From an uncultured Gemmatimonadales bacterium (GTDB lineage Bacteria > Gemmatimonadota > Gemmatimonadetes > Longimicrobiales > Gaopeijiaceae): DNA of 64,000 nucleotides. Of this stretch, positions 28,291 to 36,691 are shown piece by piece. Where the stretch lies: contig CAWELD010000003.1 in NCBI GenBank assembly GCA_963809895.1, positions 2,304,001 through 2,368,000 of the forward strand, read 5' to 3'. The position numbers and the translations under genes are program-made. Numbering within the stretch: the first letter of the stretch is position 1; every line of letters starts with the position of its first letter. Below the pieces are notes generated by a model that ran no database searches, was not told the origin of the DNA, and saw nothing but the letters and a program-made list of their open reading frames with translations.

Positions 28291-30953
28291 GCCGCCGCAC
28301 CCCAGGGATCCCGGCGCTCGCACGCTGGATCGTCGCCCGCACCGCCCCGCGACACCGGCGTGAGTCCATGCTCGGCGACCTGGAGGAAGAGTTCACCCAA
28401 CGGGCCGAGCGCGCCGGCACGGCATCCGCCCGGCGCTGGTACTGGCGCCAGGCCCTCGGCTCGGTGAAGCCCAATCTGACCAGGCGGACCACGAGCGCCG
28501 CCCACATATGGGGAGGAGATGGCATGGACGGGTTCCTGAAGGACGTACGTTACGCGCTTCGGGCCGTGGTGCGCCGACCGCTGTTCGCCGCAGTCGTGGC
28601 CCTCACGCTGGCGCTGGGCATCGGAGCGAACACGGTGATCTTCTCGGCGGTCAACGGGATGATCCTGCATCCGTTCCCCTTCCCCGAGCCCGACCGCATC
28701 GTCGGCGTCGGCACCGCCTACCCGCACAACGGACAGGAGTTGAGCTTCTTCGAGAACGCCTCTCCCGCCGAGTGGGAGGACGTGCGCGATCAGGCCGGGA
28801 CCCTCGAAGACGTCATCGCCTTCGATCTCGGTAACCGCCAGATCATGGGTGACGGACCGCCCCAGAACGTGTTCTCGGCGTTCTGGTGGGGCGACGCCCT
28901 GCGCACGCTGCGGATGAGCGCCTTCCTGGGCCGTGGCTTCACCGACGAGGAGATCCGCACCGGCGCCAGGTCGGCGGTGCTGAGCCACCGCATCTGGCGG
29001 GAGCGCTTCGGCGGCGACAGCACGCTCGTCGGCTCTACACTCAGCGTGAACGGAGAGCCCCACACGGTGGTCGGCATCGCGCCCCCGGGCGTCCTCTTCT
29101 ACGGCGCCGACCTGTGGACCATCATGTCGGTGCCCCCGTCCGAGTATCCGAGGGGTCGGCGACAATTCGAGATCCTGGGCCGCATTCGCGAGGGCGCCAC
29201 CCTCGCCGGGGTCAATGCCGAGCTCCAGGGGATCGCCTCCCAGGTGGAGGGTGCCTGGGTGGCCGACAATCCGGAGTACCGGGACTGGCGCCTGGAAGCC
29301 CGCACCTGGACCGACATCAACGTGGCCACGATGAAGCCCGCGGGACTGATCCTCATGGGGGCCGTGGGATTCCTCCTCCTCCTGGTGTGCACCAATGTCG
29401 CCAACATGCTCCTGGCCCGGGCTCAGACCCGGCGCCGGGAGATGGCCGTGCGCACGGCGTTGGGCGCGGGCCGCACCCGCATCCTGCGCCAGCTCCTCAC
29501 GGAGAGCGTCCTGCTCTCCCTGGGCGGGGGAATCCTTGGGCTCGGGCTCGCGGTGGCCGGTACCCGCGGCCTCCAGGCCTTCATCGGTGGCCTCGGGCTG
29601 CCGGTGCCGGGCGACATCCGGATCGACCGCACGGTCCTGGCCTTCACCGCTTTGGTGAGCGTGGCGGCCGGAGTCCTCTTCGGCCTGGCTCCGGCGATCC
29701 AGTCGCTGCGTGGTCGCGCCGGCACCACGCTTCGCGCCGAGGGCGGCGGCGCCACCGGCTCCCGCTCCCGGCAGGCGCTACAACGCGTCTTCGTGGCCGT
29801 GGAAGTGGCGCTGGCCCTGGTGCTCCTGGCCGGCGGCGGACTGCTGGTCAACACCCTGCTCCGTCTCAACCGCGTGGATCCGGGCTTCGACGCCGACCAC
29901 GTGCTGACCATGCGTCTGACGGTGCCCCCCCAGAAGTACTCACCCGAGGAGATCCAGGCGTTCTTCCAGGACCTGAGCCAGCGGGTCGAGGGACTCCCCG
30001 GCGTGCGGGCCGCCGCGGCAGGACTCCAGTATCCCGGCGTGGCCTTCTCGCGCCGGAACTTCAGCGTGGAGGGCGCTCCGCCCCGCCCCGACGGCAGCTC
30101 ACCGCGAGCGCTGGCGACCATCGTGACCCACGGCTACTTCGATGCACTCGGGATTCCCGTCGTGCGGGGCCGTGGCTTCAACGCCGGCGACGGTCCCGGC
30201 GGCCTGCCGGTGGCCGTGGTGAACGAGAGCGCCGCCCGCTTGCTCTTTCCGGGCCGGGATCCCCTGGGCCAGCGGCTCAGGCTCGGCGAAGCCGATGCCC
30301 AGGGCCCCTGGTTCGAGGTGGTGGGCGTGGCCGCGGACGTGCGCAACCGGGGTCTGGACCAACCCCCCGAGCCGGAGGTGTACGCGGCGCAGGAGCAGAT
30401 CGGCCAGGGGACCAACCAGCTCTTCCTTCTGGTGCGGACGACGCAGGACCCGCGGGCTCTGCTCCCGGCCGTGCGTCGGACCGTTCAGGAGCTGGACGCC
30501 GACCAGCCCATCTACGCCATCGCCACGGCCCGCGAGCGCTTTGCCGCCTCCAACGCGTCTCGACGGGCCACCGCCGCCTTCCTCGCCATCTTCGCAGCCA
30601 TCGCCCTGGTGCTGGCGGCGGTGGGCATCTACGCGGTGGTGAGCTACGCGGTCTCCGAACGGACCCGGGAGATCGGCCTGCGTATGGCGCTGGGAGCCGA
30701 GTCCGGAAGGGTGCGACGTCTGGTCGTGGGCCAGGCGCTTCTTCCGGTGGCCGCCGGCACGGTAGCCGGCCTGGCCTTGGCGGCCCTGGCAGGTCGCGGC
30801 ATGAGCCAGATCCTCTTCCAGGTGTCGGGCAGCGATCCCACGACGCTGGGGGCGGTAACCACGATTCTGCTGGCGGTGGCCTTCGCCGCGAGCTGGATTC
30901 CGGCCCGGCGTGCGAGCCGCATGGACCCGGTGCGGGCGCTGACCAGCGACTGA
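28287..30953 (+). CDS. Duplicated MacB/FtsX-type ABC permease (ADOP family) with N-terminal prefix domain
   Basis: ATGA overlap with padR; GDLEEEF prefix, TLALGIGANTVIFS, CTNVANMLLAR, RQLLTES, DPGF, RTREIGLRMALGA and PARRASRMDP. Confidence 0.92.
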   Translation: MSRRTPGIPALARWIVARTAPRHRRESMLGDLEEEFTQRAERAGTASARRWYWRQALGSVKPNLTRRTTSAAHIWGGDGMDGFLKDVRYALRAVVRRPLFAAVVALTLALGIGANTVIFSAVNGMILHPFPFPEPDRIVGVGTAYPHNGQELSFFENASPAEWEDVRDQAGTLEDVIAFDLGNRQIMGDGPPQNVFSAFWWGDALRTLRMSAFLGRGFTDEEIRTGARSAVLSHRIWRERFGGDSTLVGSTLSVNGEPHTVVGIAPPGVLFYGADLWTIMSVPPSEYPRGRRQFEILGRIREGATLAGVNAELQGIASQVEGAWVADNPEYRDWRLEARTWTDINVATMKPAGLILMGAVGFLLLLVCTNVANMLLARAQTRRREMAVRTALGAGRTRILRQLLTESVLLSLGGGILGLGLAVAGTRGLQAFIGGLGLPVPGDIRIDRTVLAFTALVSVAAGVLFGLAPAIQSLRGRAGTTLRAEGGGATGSRSRQALQRVFVAVEVALALVLLAGGGLLVNTLLRLNRVDPGFDADHVLTMRLTVPPQKYSPEEIQAFFQDLSQRVEGLPGVRAAAAGLQYPGVAFSRRNFSVEGAPPRPDGSSPRALATIVTHGYFDALGIPVVRGRGFNAGDGPGGLPVAVVNESAARLLFPGRDPLGQRLRLGEADAQGPWFEVVGVAADVRNRGLDQPPEPEVYAAQEQIGQGTNQLFLLVRTTQDPRALLPAVRRTVQELDADQPIYAIATARERFAASNASRRATAAFLAIFAAIALVLAAVGIYAVVSYAVSERTREIGLRMALGAESGRVRRLVVGQALLPVAAGTVAGLALAALAGRGMSQILFQVSGSDPTTLGAVTTILLAVAFAASWIPARRASRMDPVRALTSD

Positions 30954-30983
30954 GGAACGCCGGCTGGAGCGGGGGTACAGGGA

Positions 30984-31013
30984 CGGGCCGGCGCCGGATG
31001 CGGCGCCGGCCCG
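30984..31013. terminator. Perfect 13-bp GC hairpin after the permease gene
   Basis: CGGGCCGGCGCCG-GATG-CGGCGCCGGCCCG; no U-tract. Confidence 0.45.
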
Positions 31014-31052
31014 CGCTCGTCTCCGCTGGTCCATGAACGCAGGGAGGATCCC

Positions 31053-32420
31053 GTGCCGTTCCGCACCGTCGACCCCACCGACGGGTCCACGCTCGACTCC
31101 TTCGACAGCCTCTCACCGGCCGGGGCCTCGGCCATCGTGGGAGCCACCCACGACGCGGCGCTGGCCTGGCGCGAGGTGCCCTTTGGGGACCGCGCCGAGA
31201 GCATGCGCGCGGCGGCAGACATCCTGCGCCAGCGGGCGCCGGAATGGGGTCGCCTGATGGCGCGCGAAATGGGGAAGCCTCTGGCCCAGGGCGTGGGCGA
31301 GGCCGAGAAATGCGCCTGGGTGTGCGACTACTACGCCGAGCACGCCGAGGACTTCCTCCAGCCGGTCGCCGCGGACACCGACGCCAGCACCAGCTACTGG
31401 AGCTACGAGCCCCTGGGCGTGATCCTGGCGATCATGCCCTGGAACTTCCCTTTCTGGCAGGTCTTCCGCTTCGCCGCCCCCAACCTCATGGCCGGCAACG
31501 CGGGACTGCTGAAGCACGCCCCCAACGTGCCGGGATGCGCGCTGGCCATCGAGGACGTCTTCCGAGAGGCGGGTTTTCCGGAGAACGTCTTCCGGAACCT
31601 CTTCCTGGAGACCGACGACGTGCCGGGCGTCATCGACGACCCCCGGGTGAGGGCCGTCACCCTCACGGGCAGCGTCCGCGCGGGACGGGCCGTGGCCGCT
31701 CGCGCGGGCTGCGCCCTCAAGAAGACGGTGCTGGAGCTCGGTGGCAGTGATCCGTACGTCGTGCTCGCCGACGCCGATGTCGAGGCCGCGGCCCGGACCT
31801 GCGTGGCGTCCAGACTGATCAACTCGGGCCAGAGCTGTATCGCCGCGAAGCGCTTCATCGCGGTGCGGGAGGTCTACGACGCCTTCACCGAGGCGGTGGT
31901 GGCCCGCATGCGAGAGGCGGTGGTGGGCCCGCCTCTGGACGAGGAGACGACGGTGGGCCCCATGGCCCGCACGGACCTGCGCGACCAGCTGCACGCCCAG
32001 GTGAGGGGCAGCGTGGAGGCCGGCGCACGGCTGCTCCTGGGAGGTGTGGTCCCCGCCGGTCCCGGTGCCTGGTACCCGGCCACGGTGCTCGCCGACGTCG
32101 GGCCCGGCATGCCCGCGTACGAGGAGGAGCTCTTCGGCCCGGTGGCCGCGGTGCTCGAGGCCCGGGACGAAGAGGATGCGCTGAGGATCGCCAACGACAC
32201 CTCCTACGGACTGGGTGCGGCCGTCTTCACGGCGGACAGTGCCCACGGTGAGGCCCTGGCCCGGCGACGACTGGACGCCGGCGCGTGCTTCGTGAACGCG
32301 TACGTGCGCTCGGACCCCAGGCTCCCCTTCGGCGGCGTGAAGGAGAGCGGTCACGGACGAGAGCTGTCGCCCCTGGGCATTCGGGAATTCGTCAACGCCA
32401 AGGCGGTGTGGGTGGCGTGA
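31053..32420 (+). CDS. NAD(P)-dependent succinate-semialdehyde dehydrogenase (Sad/GabD1-like ALDH)
   Basis: IMPWNFPFWQVFR, LKHA, LTGS, LELGGSDP, GQSCIAAKR, EELFGP and PFGGVKESG; GGGAGG RBS. Confidence 0.88.
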   Translation: MPFRTVDPTDGSTLDSFDSLSPAGASAIVGATHDAALAWREVPFGDRAESMRAAADILRQRAPEWGRLMAREMGKPLAQGVGEAEKCAWVCDYYAEHAEDFLQPVAADTDASTSYWSYEPLGVILAIMPWNFPFWQVFRFAAPNLMAGNAGLLKHAPNVPGCALAIEDVFREAGFPENVFRNLFLETDDVPGVIDDPRVRAVTLTGSVRAGRAVAARAGCALKKTVLELGGSDPYVVLADADVEAAARTCVASRLINSGQSCIAAKRFIAVREVYDAFTEAVVARMREAVVGPPLDEETTVGPMARTDLRDQLHAQVRGSVEAGARLLLGGVVPAGPGAWYPATVLADVGPGMPAYEEELFGPVAAVLEARDEEDALRIANDTSYGLGAAVFTADSAHGEALARRRLDAGACFVNAYVRSDPRLPFGGVKESGHGRELSPLGIREFVNAKAVWVA

Positions 32421-32460
32421 CGACCCTGGTCCGGGCCGTGCGCCGGCACTAGCCTTCAGC

Positions 32461-35082
32461 ATGGGTCGACGTCTCCGGCTTTCGCTCCGTGGCCGCCTCA
32501 TCCTGGTAGCGGTGCTGGCGGTGATTCCCGTCCTGACGGCCCTCGCGGTGGCCTGGACGCGGCTGGTCGACACCACGGAACGGGATCGCCGTCGCACGGT
32601 GGAGGAGCTGGCGGCTCTGGCGGCCCGGGAGCACCGGGAGGCGGTGGCGGACGCCCGTGGCCTCTTCCACCTGTTGGGCGACCTTGCCCGCACGCCCCGC
32701 GCGCGTGCCCACCTGTGCGAGAGCGCGCTGGCGGACGTGGTGTCGTACAAGGAGTTCTTCACCGCCCTGGCGGTCTACCGAGCCGACGGCACGGAAGTCT
32801 GCCGCTATCCGCCGGGTCCGGCCTACGATCTCACCCGATCTCCGTATTTCGTGCGGGCGGTGCGCACCGGCCAACCCTCGGGCGCCGACTACCATGTTTC
32901 ACCCGATGATTCGGTTTCCCGGGCGAGCCTCGCGTACCCCGTGGCCGACTCCACCGGCGTGGTCCGCTGGGTCGTGGTGGGTGGCATCTCGTTGGCCGAT
33001 ATCGCCAGCATCGAGCGCTCCATCGAGAAGGAGCTCGAGTTGGATTACCTGGTCCTGGGTCCCGACGGAACGCTCCTGCTGTGCAGGCCGGTACTGCCGG
33101 ACTGCCGGGGGCGGCGGGCGTCCGATCCGCTGGTCGCCGCGGCCCGGGCCGGACGCGACACCGTGCTCACCGCCGACGATCCCGCGGGCGTCACGCGCAC
33201 GTTCGCGCTGAGTCGGATCACGACCGGTCTTCCCGGGCCCGCAGCCATGGCGGCCGTGGGATACGACCCGCTGCGGATCAGGAGCGCGCTGCTTCCGGGA
33301 ACCAGGGTCAGCGCGCTGGGACTCCTGGCCGGGGGCCTCATCATGCTCGGGGGCCTGTGGACCGTGTTGGAGTTCGTGCTCTTCCGACGCCTGTCGCCGG
33401 TGGTCGCGACGGCACGGCGGTTGGGACAGGGCGACTTCACCGCGCGCACCGGACTCCGCGGTGAAGACGAGGTGGGCGTCCTCGCGGCGACCTTCGATGC
33501 CATGGCCCAGCGACTGCAGGAGGTGCGCGAGGCCGAGAGTGCCGCTGCGCGTCAGGCCATCGAGGCCCGGGACCGCCGCTTCCGCCTTCTGGCAGAGACC
33601 ATCGACGAAGTCTTCTGGATCTGGGACGTGGCCGAGGCCCGCACCGTCTACCTGAGCCCCGGCTTCCGCAAGATCTGGCATCGCCATCCCGACGACGTGT
33701 TGGACCGCGAGGACGGGTGGCTCGCCACGGTCCACCCGGAGGATCGTGACATCGCCCGTGCCGCGGGGACACGCGAAGGCGACCACGAGTACCGGGTGCT
33801 CCGGCCCGACGGCGAGGTTCGCTGGGTGAGGAATCGGACCTTCGCCGTCCGGGACGGAGACGGCGCCATCACCCAGTGGGTCGGGGCGGTCCAGGACGTC
33901 ACCGAGCGCCGCCTCCTGGAAGAGGCGCTGGTGCAGTCCAGCAAACTCGAAGCGGTGGGCCGTCTCGCCGGAGGCGTCGCCCACGACTTCAACAACATCC
34001 TCATGGCGGTACGGGGCCACGTGCAGCTCGTGCAGGAAGCATTGCCGGCGAGCTCACACATCCGCGAAGACCTGGACGAAATCGATCAGGCCGCCGCCCG
34101 CGCCGAGAGCCTCACCCGTCAGCTGCTCGCCTTCGGTCGCAAGCAGCCGCTGCGAGTCGAGGTGCTGGACCTGAACGAGGTGATCCGTGACGCCGAGGGA
34201 CTGCTTCGACGTCTGGTGGGCCCTGACGTCACCCTGGAGCTCCAGCTCGACGCCGCCCCCCCGAGCGTGCGCATGGACCCCACCCATCTGGAGCAGGTTC
34301 TGGTGAACCTCGCGGTCAACGCCCGGGACGCCATGCCCGACGGCGGGCGCCTGGTCGTCGAGACCGGTGCGGCGGTCCTCCCCGACGCAGACGAATCCCT
34401 GGCCGGTGTCGCCCGTGAAGGGTCGTACGCCGTCCTGCGTGTCACCGATACCGGAACGGGCATGGACGCCGACGTCCGGGCCCACCTCTTCGAACCCTTC
34501 TACACGACCAAGGAGACCGGCAAGGGCACCGGGTTGGGGTTGGCCACCGTGTACGGGGTCACGACCCAGGCCGGCGGCCACATCCGTGTCACCAGCGAAC
34601 CGGGTCAGGGGGCCTGTTTCCTTCTCTATCTGCCCGCGGTGCCCGCGGGCGAGCGAGGGCCCCGCTCCCCTGCGGAGGAGGCGCCCCCGGATACCGAATC
34701 CCCAGGCCAGGACCGACGGCTGCGCATCCTGGTCGTGGAGGACGAGGATTCCGTGCGCCGGGTCGCCGTGAAGACGCTGGAGCAGTTCGGACACGAGGTC
34801 CTGGGAGCCGGCGGTGGCCGGGAGGCGCTGTCAGTCCTGGACGCGACGGCCGTGGACCTCGTGCTCTCCGACGTGATGATGCCGGACATGACGGGGCCCG
34901 AGCTACAGAAGGCCCTCCGCGAGGCCCACATCCGGGTGCCCGTGGTCTTCATGTCCGGGTTCTCGGGCGAGGCAGGCGGCATTCCGCTCGAGGGCGCCTC
35001 TTTCCTGCAGAAGCCCTTCACCCGGGACGACCTGCGAAGCGCCATCCGCGCGGCGCTGGCGAGTGGCAAGAAAGACGCCTGA
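32461..35082 (+). CDS. Hybrid sensor histidine kinase (Cache-like, HAMP, PAS, HisKA, HATPase, REC)
   Basis: Two TMs around a periplasmic domain; HAMP DEVGVLAATFDAM; PAS VHPED; AHDFNN, NARDAM and FYTTK; REC VVEDE...SDVMMP...KP. Confidence 0.92.
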   Translation: MGRRLRLSLRGRLILVAVLAVIPVLTALAVAWTRLVDTTERDRRRTVEELAALAAREHREAVADARGLFHLLGDLARTPRARAHLCESALADVVSYKEFFTALAVYRADGTEVCRYPPGPAYDLTRSPYFVRAVRTGQPSGADYHVSPDDSVSRASLAYPVADSTGVVRWVVVGGISLADIASIERSIEKELELDYLVLGPDGTLLLCRPVLPDCRGRRASDPLVAAARAGRDTVLTADDPAGVTRTFALSRITTGLPGPAAMAAVGYDPLRIRSALLPGTRVSALGLLAGGLIMLGGLWTVLEFVLFRRLSPVVATARRLGQGDFTARTGLRGEDEVGVLAATFDAMAQRLQEVREAESAAARQAIEARDRRFRLLAETIDEVFWIWDVAEARTVYLSPGFRKIWHRHPDDVLDREDGWLATVHPEDRDIARAAGTREGDHEYRVLRPDGEVRWVRNRTFAVRDGDGAITQWVGAVQDVTERRLLEEALVQSSKLEAVGRLAGGVAHDFNNILMAVRGHVQLVQEALPASSHIREDLDEIDQAAARAESLTRQLLAFGRKQPLRVEVLDLNEVIRDAEGLLRRLVGPDVTLELQLDAAPPSVRMDPTHLEQVLVNLAVNARDAMPDGGRLVVETGAAVLPDADESLAGVAREGSYAVLRVTDTGTGMDADVRAHLFEPFYTTKETGKGTGLGLATVYGVTTQAGGHIRVTSEPGQGACFLLYLPAVPAGERGPRSPAEEAPPDTESPGQDRRLRILVVEDEDSVRRVAVKTLEQFGHEVLGAGGGREALSVLDATAVDLVLSDVMMPDMTGPELQKALREAHIRVPVVFMSGFSGEAGGIPLEGASFLQKPFTRDDLRSAIRAALASGKKDA

Positions 35083-35096
35083 GGCACGGACGCCCG

Positions 35097-36074
35097 TCAG
35101 GTCTCGGGATCGGGCACCGCCTGCTGCATCTCGGTGGCCACCGCGTCGGCCGACCGCATGCGGCCGAGATCGAGCTCGAAGTCGGGGTGGCCCGGGGCGG
35201 CGAGCTTCTCGGTCAGCTCCCGGATCTCCCGACCCGACAAGCCGAACTCGGCGAGCTGCGCCCTGCTCAGTGCCGCCCCCTCCCTGGCGCGGACACCGTC
35301 CTCGTCGGCTTCCATCAGCCGTGCCAGCGCCCGCCGCTCGCCGCGCGTGAAACTCCGCCCTTCGAGGTCGTAGTCGACCCACGCCTCGTAGCTGAGGGGA
35401 GCCACGCGCTTGACCATGCCGGCCATGACCCTGGCGAAGGCACGGATCTCGAGCTGCGCGTGGGGATCCACCCGCAGCGTGAGGAAATGGAGCAGGTTGT
35501 GGAGGTCGATCTTCCAGTACCACTGGGTATAGGTGGAAAGCGGAAGGTCGATGCGCGCCAGCTCCCGGGCCACGTCCTCCTCCAGCAGCCATCCGTAGGT
35601 GTCGCCGGCCCTCTGGCGCAGCTCCTCCCAGCGGGCCACGGCCCGGTGGTATACCTCGGAGGGTGCGGGCTCGCCCCTGCCCTGGTTGTTGGTGGGGCTC
35701 TGGAAGGCGAAGTCCCCCTCGGCGGGCGTGTAGAACAGAAGCGGCATGAGCGAGTAGCGGGCGCTGTACTCATTGATGTTCGCCGTCCGGTGGCGGACCC
35801 ATTGCCGCGCCACGAACATGGGCATGGCGCAGTGGAACTTCAGCTCCACCATCTCGCTGGGCGTCGTGTGCCGATGGCGACGCAGATAACGGACCAGCCC
35901 GCGCGTCTGGCTTCGCTTGCGCGTGCCGTACCCGTAGCTTACCCGGGCGGCGCGCTCCACGCTCTCGTCCGAGCCCATGTAGTCCACGAGGGCCACGAAG
36001 CCGTGATCGAGCACCGGGAAGTAGCCGCCGAGGATCTCTTCCGCCTCGGGAATGGTTGGCCGCTTGGTGTCCAT
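35097..36074 (-). CDS. thyX: FAD-dependent thymidylate synthase
   Basis: AARVSY, HTTPSE, FVARQWVRHR...NEYSARY, ELARIDLP and HAQLEIR. Confidence 0.95.
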   Translation of the reverse strand: MDTKRPTIPEAEEILGGYFPVLDHGFVALVDYMGSDESVERAARVSYGYGTRKRSQTRGLVRYLRRHRHTTPSEMVELKFHCAMPMFVARQWVRHRTANINEYSARYSLMPLLFYTPAEGDFAFQSPTNNQGRGEPAPSEVYHRAVARWEELRQRAGDTYGWLLEEDVARELARIDLPLSTYTQWYWKIDLHNLLHFLTLRVDPHAQLEIRAFARVMAGMVKRVAPLSYEAWVDYDLEGRSFTRGERRALARLMEADEDGVRAREGAALSRAQLAEFGLSGREIRELTEKLAAPGHPDFELDLGRMRSADAVATEMQQAVPDPET

Positions 36075-36140
36075 GACAGGTGTGGACGGGAACGAGGATC
36101 GAGGGATGGATGAACGAGAGAGCGCTGCCGACAGACCCGG

Positions 36141-36674
36141 TCAGGCGCCCGAGGTGCGCCGGATGCCGCCCCGCATGGAGCTGCCTCCGGAGCCCGGATC
36201 CGGGTCGGTGCCAGGCGCTTCTTCCTGGTACCACCCGCCATTCGGATCGAGACCGTATGCCTTGTCGACGTCGCTCCCGAAGAAGTTGGCCCCCATGAGG
36301 GTCGCCCCGACCAGGATGGTACCGTCCAGGTCACAGCGGAGCAGGCGGGCCAGCGTCAGGTCGGCCTCGACGAAGGCGGCCCCCCGGAGCTGGGCGCCCT
36401 CGACGACTGCACCCTTCAGCCGTGCGCGGTAGAGCGACGCGTGCGTGAGGTCGGCGAAGGACAGATCGGCCCGGTCCAGGATCGCCCCGGACAGGTTCGT
36501 GGACTTGAGGTCGGCGCCCTGGAGCTTGGCATACCAGAGGTCGACGTCACGCAGGTCCAGACCCGACAGGTCCGCACCACGCAGATCGACCTCCGACAGC
36601 TCCTGGGAGGAGCGCCACCGGTTCCAGGCCTCCACTCCTTCGCGGAGGCGCGACAGATGCTCGGGACTTGCCAT
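36141..36674 (-). CDS. Pentapeptide repeat protein
   Basis: N-cap EHLSRLREGVEAWNRWR followed by A[D/N]Lxx repeats (ADLSG, ADLKS, TNLSG, ADLSF, ADLTH). Confidence 0.88.
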   Translation of the reverse strand: MASPEHLSRLREGVEAWNRWRSSQELSEVDLRGADLSGLDLRDVDLWYAKLQGADLKSTNLSGAILDRADLSFADLTHASLYRARLKGAVVEGAQLRGAAFVEADLTLARLLRCDLDGTILVGATLMGANFFGSDVDKAYGLDPNGGWYQEEAPGTDPDPGSGGSSMRGGIRRTSGA

Positions 36675-36691
36675 GGAGGTAGAATAGAAGG
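36675..36691. promoter_or_regulatory. Bidirectional overlapping -10 element between divergent starts
   Basis: Plus-strand TAGAAT (36680-36685) lies 6 nt before GTG 36692; minus-strand TATTCT (36686-36681) lies 6 nt before ATG 36674. Confidence 0.6.
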
